From NCBI GenBank assembly GCA_035763465.1, contig DASUBC010000254.1, positions 1-41,548 on the forward strand: a DNA stretch of 41,548 nt, read 5' to 3'. This DNA is from Thermomicrobiales bacterium (GTDB lineage Bacteria; Chloroflexota; Chloroflexia; Thermomicrobiales; CADCWN01). A program made the translations under genes and the position numbers. The notes beneath the pieces are model-generated. The model was not told the DNA's origin. It worked only from the letters and a program-made list of their open reading frames with translations, and searched no databases. This document shows, piece by piece, positions 1-6,685 of the stretch; the stretch's first letter is position 1, and each line of letters starts with the position of its first letter.

Positions 1-1336
1 CCAGCAATACTTCACCGTCCTTGAAGACCAGCACCGGATTCATTGTGTGGCGTACGCGCTTGCCCGGCTCCAGGCGGTCCGGGTGGTGCTCGTCCAGGTG
101 CCAGTAGGTCATGCGATTGTTCAGCAGGATGCCGGTGTCACCCGCGACGAAGCCCGAGCCGAAACTCGACTGAATGCTCTGCAACTGGCAGACCGCGTTG
201 CCCCAGCGGTCCATCACCGCGAAGCAGGTCGTATCTTCGTGGCGCTCACGACCAGCGGCGGCGAGTTCCGCTGGTGGCGCGCCGGCCGGATCATAGCGCC
301 AGGCGTCGCCGGCGCTAACTTCGGTTGCTGCACGGTCACGGTCAATACCGGTGCGGCGCGCGGTGGCATACTCTTTAGAAAGCAATCCAGCCAGCGGAAT
401 TGCCGTCCATTCGGGGTCGGCCACGTAGGTTTCGCGGTCGGCGAAGGCCAGTTTCTTCGCCTCGACCATCAGGTGAATGCTCTCTGGCGAAAGGACGCCA
501 AGCCCGCCGATATCGAAGCCCTCGACGAGGTTCAATTCTTGCAAGAGGATGTGCCCGCTGGAGTTCGGCGGCGCTTCGTACACCGTATAGCCGCGATACG
601 TCGTCGTGATCGGCTCCTGCCAGCGCGTGTGATGCGCGGCGAGGTCGGCGGCAGTGAGCAAACCGCCAGCCGCCTGAATACTCGCGGCGATCGCCTGCGC
701 CAGCCCGCCAGTGTAGTAGTACGCGCGGCCCTGCTCGGCGATGGTGGTGAGCGTCCGGGCGAGATTGCGCTGGCGCAGCACTTCGCCAGCGTGTAGCGGC
801 CGGCCCTTCGGCCAGAAGATCGCGCGGGACGCGGGATAATCGCCAAGTTGCGGCGCGCTCTCCATGTACGCGGCTAGCTTGTGCGAGACCGGGAAGCCGC
901 TATCGGCCAGCGCGATTGCCGGCGCGAAGATGTCGGCCAGTGGTTGAGTGCCGTGTCGCGCGTGCGCGGCCAGCCAGCCGTCGAGCAAGCCGGGCACCGA
1001 GACCGAGCGCGGCCCGTGCATTGGAATGCCTTCGGCATAGGCGTCGCGCGATGCCTTCCCTGGCGCAGCGCCGGTGGCGTTGACCACCTCGGTCGTGCCG
1101 GCGTCGCGCCGGTGAATCAAAATGAAGCCGTCGCCGCCGAGTCCCGACATATTCGGCTCGACCACGCCGAGCGCGGCGGCGGTGGCGATGGCGGCGTCCA
1201 CCGCGTTGCCACCCGCGCGCAAGACCGCGCTGCCCGCGCCGGCCGCCAGCGGATTCCCGGCGACGACCATCCCCTGCATACCCATGACAACCGGCCGGTG
1301 CGCCGTGAACCGCCGCCCGTGTGGTCCCTCTGCCAT
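1..1336 (-). CDS. ggt: gamma-glutamyltransferase (partial; C-terminal end runs off the left edge)
   Basis: Absent from the ORF track because it is open-ended. Hand translation of the minus strand from ATG (A at 1336; upstream AAGGAGACGAGGTG) gives MAEGPHGRRFTAHRPVVMGMQGMVVAGNPLAAGAGSAVLRAGGNAVDAAIATAAALGVVEPNMSGLGGDGF..., later ...RHEDTTCFAVMDRWGNAV...GILLNNRM. This is the GGT/Ntn-hydrolase pattern with a processing Thr. The + ORF 47..796 is its antisense shadow. Confidence 0.85.
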   Translation of the reverse strand, partial: MAEGPHGRRFTAHRPVVMGMQGMVVAGNPLAAGAGSAVLRAGGNAVDAAIATAAALGVVEPNMSGLGGDGFILIHRRDAGTTEVVNATGAAPGKASRDAYAEGIPMHGPRSVSVPGLLDGWLAAHARHGTQPLADIFAPAIALADSGFPVSHKLAAYMESAPQLGDYPASRAIFWPKGRPLHAGEVLRQRNLARTLTTIAEQGRAYYYTGGLAQAIAASIQAAGGLLTAADLAAHHTRWQEPITTTYRGYTVYEAPPNSSGHILLQELNLVEGFDIGGLGVLSPESIHLMVEAKKLAFADRETYVADPEWTAIPLAGLLSKEYATARRTGIDRDRAATEVSAGDAWRYDPAGAPPAELAAAGRERHEDTTCFAVMDRWGNAVCQLQSIQSSFGSGFVAGDTGILLNNRMTYWHLDEHHPDRLEPGKRVRHTMNPVLVFKDGEVLL

Positions 1337-1391
1337 CACCTCGTCTCCTTCCATGCCACCCTGTTGCCGCCAGCCGCAGTCTATCACGCGC

Positions 1392-1569
1392 GGGGAACGG
1401 CTTTAACGCCGAGAACGCGGAGAGCGCAGAGGACGCAGAGAGGAAACGAGCGATAGGGCGCGGTGGTGACACGATGTGGTCGGTTTCCTACCGACCACGC
1501 CAACCCAACAATCTCATTAATCTCCGCGGTCTCTGCGCCCTCTGCGCCCTCGGCGTCCTCGGCGTTAAA
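1392..1569. repeat. nonamer-array palindromic element, copy 1
   Basis: Head GGGGAACGGCTTTAACGCCGAG, then 9-nt units (..GCGGAG AGCGCAGAG GACGCAGAG..). A central 8-bp hairpin sits at 1476-1498. The inverted array is CTCTGCGCC CTCTGCGCC CTCGGCGTC CTCGGCGTTAAA. Confidence 0.8.
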
Positions 1570-1572
1570 AAC

Positions 1573-2592
1573 TCACGCCGCCGCTCCGGTGTCTGATGCG
1601 AATGCCAGCGAGACGATCTCGCCGGGCTGGAACAGGCTCAGGAAGCCATCAAGTCCCGCCCGCCTGGTGACTGGGCCGAAATCGGGCCGGAAGCAGACCT
1701 GCGCGCCGTATTCGCTGATGTCGCTCACCGCCCAGGCATAGCGGTAATAAGCGAGCGCGAGCGGCGCGATGGTGGCTGCTCCGTACCCCTGGAAGAACAG
1801 TTCCTTCTCGCGCGGGCCAACCAGCCGGCTGCTGATGCCGCCGACCACGAACATCAGGTCGCGCTCGCGCGGGGCGAGCATCGTCTCGTCCCAGTCCACG
1901 AACCAGACCTGTCCCGCATTATCCAGCAGCACATTCGCCGTGTGGATGTCGGCGTGACAGAGGACGAGTTCTGGCTCCATCGCGGCAAGCCGGCGTCCCA
2001 GGTCTTCCGCCCGGTCCAGCAGTAGCTGGATGTCCGCCTGGTGCGCCTGCCAGAACGCCGCGAGCGCCTGCTCCGCCGGGTCATCAAACTGGCTTGCGCC
2101 GAGGTGGGCGTCCAACCGCCGGAGCAGGTCAGCCCCGTTTGGCGTGAAGGTGTCGCGCCGCATGAGCCGCGCCAGTTCAGGCGTTACGGCGGCTTCGTGG
2201 ACCTGCCGCAGCAGCGCGCCATAGTCAACCCATTGCCGGTCCGACATCCCGCGCTCCATGCCTGTTACGCCGGCGATGAAGGGGTACAGGATGAGCGCGT
2301 AATCACCTGCGGTCGTCCACAACGTGCCAGTGGTGGTCGGCAGCGGCGCGATGACCCGCGCGACGCCGTGGTCGTGCAGGAAGCGCGGAACCGCCAGGCC
2401 GACCTCGTTAGTCACACTCAGGCGAACCTTGAGGAAATAGACTCTGCCAGCAGCCGCCCGCACGCGGTACACCCACGCCGAGGCGTCGTGCCCCAGTGGG
2501 AGGAACGTCAACTCAGTGGGGTCCAGCCCATAGCCAGCGCGCAGGCACGAATACAGCGTGTCATCGGCAAGATTGGCCGGCGGTTCACGCAT
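1573..2592 (-). CDS. aminoglycoside/choline-kinase-type phosphotransferase (APH family) protein
   Basis: 339-aa ORF with the kinase catalytic-loop pattern LCHADIHTANVLL and FVDWDE (Brenner/DFG-like motifs of the APH family). Substrate unknown. Confidence 0.8.
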   Translation of the reverse strand: MREPPANLADDTLYSCLRAGYGLDPTELTFLPLGHDASAWVYRVRAAAGRVYFLKVRLSVTNEVGLAVPRFLHDHGVARVIAPLPTTTGTLWTTAGDYALILYPFIAGVTGMERGMSDRQWVDYGALLRQVHEAAVTPELARLMRRDTFTPNGADLLRRLDAHLGASQFDDPAEQALAAFWQAHQADIQLLLDRAEDLGRRLAAMEPELVLCHADIHTANVLLDNAGQVWFVDWDETMLAPRERDLMFVVGGISSRLVGPREKELFFQGYGAATIAPLALAYYRYAWAVSDISEYGAQVCFRPDFGPVTRRAGLDGFLSLFQPGEIVSLAFASDTGAAA

Positions 2593-2625
2593 GAAGCGGG
2601 TTCCCTTTCACCGTGCGTTCACGAA

Positions 2626-2743
2626 GGGGACGGAATAACCACAGAGAACACAGAGCACACAGAGAAACGGAGACAGAACGATGAAGAATCCTCTCTGTCG
2701 TTTTCTGCGAACTCTGCGCTCTCTGCGGTGATATTCGTTCCCA
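2626..2743. repeat. nonamer-array palindromic element, copy 2
   Basis: Head GGGGACGGAATAACC, then CACAGAGAA CACAGAGCA CACAGAGAA. Inverted array CTGCGAACTCTGCGCTCTCTGCGG. The tail GGTGATATTCGTTCCC is the reverse complement of the head. Confidence 0.8.
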
Positions 2744-2748
2744 ACAGC

Positions 2749-3762
2749 CTACCGCATCGCATACTGCGGGTCGCGGTCGCGGGGCAGGTTGAACCAGGCG
2801 TCGTCGCAGGCGCGGCGTTCGTCGTCTTCCAGCGCCAGGTCAACGCCGGGCAAACTCTCGACCAGTTGCTCGGGACGGCTCGCGCCGAGGATGGCGCAGG
2901 TGACGCCGGGCTGGGCGAGCACCCAGGCAAGCGCGACCTGCGTGAGCGACTTGCCGCGCGCCGTCATAAAATCGCCCAGGCGCTCGACCTCGTCGAAGAT
3001 CGCCTCGTTCCAGTAGCGACGCTGATACATCGCGCCACTGTTGTTGTCCAAACTGAAGCGAGTGCCCGGCTGCACCTCGCGCACGCCCCGGTAACGGCCG
3101 GTCAACATGCCGGCGGCCAGCGGGTTGTAGGCCATCACCGCGAGATTCTGGGCACGGCAGAGCGGTAGAATTTCGTCCTCGATCATCCGAAAGAGGATGT
3201 TGTAGCGCGGCTGAGCCGACTCGAAGCGCGCTAGTCCGTGCTTGTCACTCGTCCACAGCGCCTCGGACAGCCGCCAGGCCGAGTAGTTGGAGCAACCGAT
3301 GTAACGCACCTTGCCGGCATGAACCAGATCGTCCAGCGCCCGCAGCGTTTTGTCAATCGGTGTCGCGGGATCCGGGTGGTGGACCTGATAGAGGTCAAGA
3401 TAGTCGGCGCCGAGCCGCCGCAGGCTCGCCTCGCACGCGCTGATGACGTGCTTGCGGCTGAGACCCTGGTCGTTGGGGCGTGGCCCCATAGCGCCGCGAC
3501 ACTTCGTCGCCAGCACCACATCCTCGCGCCGACCGCGCTCGCGTAACCAGTTCCCGATAATCTCCTCCGTGCGCCCAGCCAGTTGTGGACCGCCACCCAA
3601 CGGATAGACATCGGCGGTGTCGAAGAAGAAGATGCCCGCAGCGAAGGCGCGGTCCATAATCGCAAACGCCGTGGCTTCGTCAGCCTGGTTGCCGAACGTC
3701 ATCGTGCCCAGGCAGATTTCGCTGACCTGCAAACCTGTCCGGCCAAACTGCTTTATCCGCAT
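2749..3762 (-). CDS. aldo/keto reductase
   Basis: MRIKQFGRTGLQVSEICLGTMTFG... plus the AKR pattern throughout. ATG at 3762 is preceded by GAGGAGCACAT. The track ORF (to 4008) adds 82 codons that only read through the repeat at 3853-4017. Confidence 0.9.
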   Translation of the reverse strand: MRIKQFGRTGLQVSEICLGTMTFGNQADEATAFAIMDRAFAAGIFFFDTADVYPLGGGPQLAGRTEEIIGNWLRERGRREDVVLATKCRGAMGPRPNDQGLSRKHVISACEASLRRLGADYLDLYQVHHPDPATPIDKTLRALDDLVHAGKVRYIGCSNYSAWRLSEALWTSDKHGLARFESAQPRYNILFRMIEDEILPLCRAQNLAVMAYNPLAAGMLTGRYRGVREVQPGTRFSLDNNSGAMYQRRYWNEAIFDEVERLGDFMTARGKSLTQVALAWVLAQPGVTCAILGASRPEQLVESLPGVDLALEDDERRACDDAWFNLPRDRDPQYAMR

Positions 3763-3852
3763 ATGTGCTCCTCGCGCTACCGGCAGGCGCCAACCGCCCG
3801 CCGTAGACTTGCCCGCGCAGTCTACCGCGCTCCCATCCGTCAGGGAAGCGCG

Positions 3853-4017
3853 GGGGAACGGATTGAACCGCAGAGCACGCAAAGCACGCAGAGAGAATAC
3901 GGCTTTACCACAGAGATCACAGAGGACACAGAGAACGAAGGGAGAATAGACTATTCGTCGTTGCTTCTCTCGTTCCTCTCTGCGCTCTCTGTGTCCTCTG
4001 CGGTTCAATCCGTACCC
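3853..4017. repeat. nonamer-array palindromic element, copy 3 (composite: two direct arms + one inverted)
   Basis: Terminal inverted repeats GGGGAACGGATTGAACC (3853-3869) and GGTTCAATCCGTACCC (4002-4017). Inside are arrays CGCAGAGCA CGCAAAGCA CGCAGAGAG, then CACAGAGAT CACAGAGGA CACAGAGAA, then the inverted CTCTGCGCT CTCTGTGTC CTCTGCGG. Confidence 0.8.
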
Positions 4018-4076
4018 AGTGGCAAGTGTCTGCTAGGATAGGCGCGGCGAGTGGTGGTGAGATTGGGGAGGAGCAA

Positions 4077-4934
4077 ATGCCTGAGTTTCCGATTATTGAC
4101 GCGCATGTGCATTTGTGGGATCCGGCGCACTTTCGGATGCCGTGGCTAGACGGCAACGAACTCCTGAACAAGCCGTATGGCCTGGCGGAGTATCGTGAGC
4201 AGACGGCCGGCGTCGCGATCGAGGCGATGGTCTATCTGCAAGTAGAGGTCACGCCGGCCTATGGGCTGCTGGAGGCGCGGTGGGCGGCGAAGCGCGCGGC
4301 GGAAGACCCGCGTCTCGGCGCGATCGTCGCCTGGGCGCCGGTGGAGGATGGCGAGCCGGCCCGTTCGTACCTCGACGCGCTGGTGGCGATTGATCGGCGG
4401 ATCGTCGGCGTGCGGCGCATCGTGCAGAGCGAGCCAGACCCGGAGTTCAGTATCCGACCCGATTTTGTGCGCGGCGTGCAGTTACTCGCTGATTACAATT
4501 TCACCTTCGACATCTGCATCAATCACCGGCACCTGCCCGCGACAATCAGACTGGTCGAACAATGCCCCGATGTGCGGTTCATCCTCGATCACATCGGCAA
4601 GCCGAATATCAAAGGGCACGAACTCGATCCCTGGCGCGAGCAACTTCGCGAGCTGGCGGCCTTGCCAAACGTGATCTGCAAGGTGAGCGGCCTGGTGACC
4701 GAGGCTGACCACGCGCACTGGACGCCGGACGACCTGGCGCCCTACGTCGCGCATGTGCTGGATTGCTTCGGCGAGGATCGCGTCGCGTTCGGCGGCGACT
4801 GGCCGGTCGCGACGCAGGCCGCGACATATCCCCGCTGGGTTGAGACACTCGATGGCCTGACTGCCGACCTCTCACCAGCGGCGAAACGCAAGCTATGGGC
4901 CGAGAACGCCCGGCGCTTCTATCGCCTCAGCTAA
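4077..4934 (+). CDS. amidohydrolase-2 family protein (lactonase/decarboxylase-type metal hydrolase)
   Basis: MPEFPIIDAHVHLWDP... (HxH metal motif), then ILDHIGKP and AFGGDWP. ATG 4077 follows GGGGAGGAG. The track start at 4026 is a GTG lying just past the repeat. Confidence 0.85.
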   Translation: MPEFPIIDAHVHLWDPAHFRMPWLDGNELLNKPYGLAEYREQTAGVAIEAMVYLQVEVTPAYGLLEARWAAKRAAEDPRLGAIVAWAPVEDGEPARSYLDALVAIDRRIVGVRRIVQSEPDPEFSIRPDFVRGVQLLADYNFTFDICINHRHLPATIRLVEQCPDVRFILDHIGKPNIKGHELDPWREQLRELAALPNVICKVSGLVTEADHAHWTPDDLAPYVAHVLDCFGEDRVAFGGDWPVATQAATYPRWVETLDGLTADLSPAAKRKLWAENARRFYRLS

Positions 4935-5041
4935 TTGTGGATTGTGGATTGCGGATTTGGGCTGGTCAGGACATTGCCTGATCAATAAGTCACTGCGCCA
5001 GGAGAGGCAGAATCTGCAATCCGCAATCCACAATCCATAAT
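4933..5041. repeat. heptamer-array hairpin (unit TGTGGAT/TGCGGAT) filling the gap between two convergent stop codons
   Basis: Left arm ATTGTGGATTGTGGATTGCGGATT (4934-4957). Right arm AATCTGCAATCCGCAATCCACAATCCATAAT (5011-5041). 20 nt (TGGATTGTGGATTGCGGATT) pair perfectly. Confidence 0.8.
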
Positions 5042-6246
5042 CAGCCCATTGCTCCCCGAATGGCCCAGGCGATGGCCTTCGCGCCCTCGAAACACTTCTC
5101 TTCGGTCTCGTAGCTGTAGGCAAGGCGGATGTGTCGTTCGCCGCCATCGTGTGGGAAGAAGTTGGCGCCGGGGACGAAGGCGACGCCGGCTTCGCGGGCG
5201 AGTTGCGCGACTTTGGCCGGGTCGGCGGCGGTCGGTAACTTGATCCAGACGAAGAAGCCGCCCTGCGGCTGGCTGATCTCGGCGTCGGTGCCTTCCAACA
5301 CCTCGTTCAGCCCTTCGATCATTGCATCGCGCTTGCGGCGATAAATCTCGACCAGCTGGGCAACGTGCTCGATGATGTGATCGCGCAGGTAGTAGGTCGC
5401 GATGCGCGAGGTGAACGGCGCGACGCCGCCGCCGAAGTTGAACGCTTGCAGGTAGGGCACAAGCGGCGCGGGCGCGACGAGCCAGCCGATCCGCATTCCG
5501 GCGCCCAGAATCTTCGAGACGGTGCCGGAGCGGATCACCACGCCACGGTCGTCGAGCGCATAGAGCGAGGGCAGCGGCTCGCCCTCGAAGCGCAGCTCGC
5601 CATAGGCGTCGTCTTCGAGAATGAGCGTCTCGAACTCGTGTGCCAGGGCGATGAGCTCCTGGCGGCGCTGGAGCGTCGCGGTCGGGCCAGCCGGATTGTG
5701 GAAGTTGGGCAGCGTGTAGATGAGTTTGCACGACCGGCCCTCGACGCGGAGCGCGGCCAATTGCTCTCGCACGGCGCTCGTCACAATGCCGTCACCGTCA
5801 ACCGGCACGGTATGGACATCCGCGCCGTGCCGGCGGATCGTATTGAGAGTGCCGGAGAAGGTCGGCGCTTCGCAGATGATCGCGTCGCCAACGTCCACAA
5901 AGGCGCTGAAGGCCAGCGAGAGCGCGTGCGACGAACCATTCGCGATCAGCACGTTCTCGGGGCCGATTTCCAGTCCTTCGAAGTGCTGGTACTTGCGGCA
6001 GATGAGTTCGCGCAGTGGTAGGTAACCTTGCGCTTCGCCATAGTTGAGCGCCTCCGCGCCTTCTTCTTGCATCATGCGCGCGGTCGCCTGCACCAGCTCG
6101 TCAAACGGAAAGGAGCCGGGGTCGGGGTACCCACCGCTCAACGAGTATTGTGGCTTCTGGCCGCCACCCGGGCCGCCCCCAGGCCGCATCAGTTTTGCGC
6201 GGGACGCCAGGAGATGCTGAAAGGTTGCCTCGCTCGTCGTGGTCAT
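5041..6246 (-). CDS. PLP-dependent aminotransferase (class I/II fold)
   Basis: MTTTSEATFQHLL... with GYPDPGSFP, NPAGPT and the Lys motif TVSKILGAGMRIGW. ATG 6246 is preceded by GGAGAC. The 62 extra N-terminal codons in the track have no family support. Confidence 0.85.
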   Translation of the reverse strand: MTTTSEATFQHLLASRAKLMRPGGGPGGGQKPQYSLSGGYPDPGSFPFDELVQATARMMQEEGAEALNYGEAQGYLPLRELICRKYQHFEGLEIGPENVLIANGSSHALSLAFSAFVDVGDAIICEAPTFSGTLNTIRRHGADVHTVPVDGDGIVTSAVREQLAALRVEGRSCKLIYTLPNFHNPAGPTATLQRRQELIALAHEFETLILEDDAYGELRFEGEPLPSLYALDDRGVVIRSGTVSKILGAGMRIGWLVAPAPLVPYLQAFNFGGGVAPFTSRIATYYLRDHIIEHVAQLVEIYRRKRDAMIEGLNEVLEGTDAEISQPQGGFFVWIKLPTAADPAKVAQLAREAGVAFVPGANFFPHDGGERHIRLAYSYETEEKCFEGAKAIAWAIRGAMG

Positions 6247-6449
6247 CGAAGTCTCCACTGCTTCGGCGTGAGCGCGCCGGCCAGCTGGCCCGCGCGGATC
6301 GGTGAGCGGAGTATACTCGTGGGGAGTAGTGGCGTAAACAACCAATCGGCAGTCGTCAGTCGGCAGGAGGTTTGGGGCAGCGGAGTGTTTGATTGCGAGC
6401 GCGGTGCTGTTGCGGGGATGCGCCGAATTCATTCAGCGCGAAGGGCTGC

Positions 6450-6590
6450 GGCCACGAAGTCCCCGTGCGTGGGGACTGGGTCCATTACCAGGCCGGGGCT
6501 GGTTGTTGGCACACAGGTTGACCGGTCCCAGTCCCGCAGGGACGTTGTGGCCGGAGGCCATCTAGCCCGGATTGCAATCCGGGGTGCCCT
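6450..6590. other. highly structured intergenic segment (unclassified)
   Basis: An imperfect inverted repeat of about 30 nt: GGCCACGAAGTCCCCGTGCGTGGGGACTGGGTCC (6450-6483) versus GGTCCCAGTCCCGCAGGGACGTTGTGGCC (6524-6552). Each arm can also fold on itself. An 18-nt perfect palindrome CCCGGATTGCAATCCGGG follows at 6567-6584. Confidence 0.3.
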
Positions 6591-6637
6591 CCCCAGCACT
6601 GCGTCAACCCGCCCGGCACGGTGCTGGCTGAAACCCA

Positions 6638-6669
6638 CTGCCCGGCTGCCCGGCTGCCCGACTGCCCGA
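6638..6669. repeat. tandem octamer array (CTGCCCGG x2, CTGCCCGA x2)
   Basis: Read directly. The array is bracketed by CCCACTG (6634-6640) and CAGTGGG (6673-6679), and ends 17 nt before the GH38 start codon. Confidence 0.75.
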
Positions 6670-6685
6670 CTCCAGTGGGGGCGCT

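Noticed and set aside
3763-4008. N-terminal extensions of track ORFs (reductase to 4008, aminotransferase to 6432, amidohydrolase from 4026, S8 peptidase from 16627, ABC ATPase to 23452, YceI from 10303)
   Set aside because: Internal starts with clear Shine-Dalgarno sequences coincide with the beginning of family-conserved sequence. The extensions run through repeats or carry no signal-peptide or domain logic.
1392-4017. Could the short-unit arrays be CRISPR arrays?
   Set aside because: The units are 7-9 nt and directly abutting with no spacers, and the arrays occur as inverted pairs. No cas genes are in the window. They are not CRISPR.
6560-6590. Possible tRNA or tRNA fragment (stem-loops near CCCGGATTGCAATCCGGG) that could serve as an integration site
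   Set aside because: The 18-mer is a perfect palindrome, not a 5-bp stem with a 7-nt loop. No acceptor or T-arm (GGTTCGAATCC-like) context is present. No tRNA-like cloverleaf could be drawn here or near the integrase (40326-40534).
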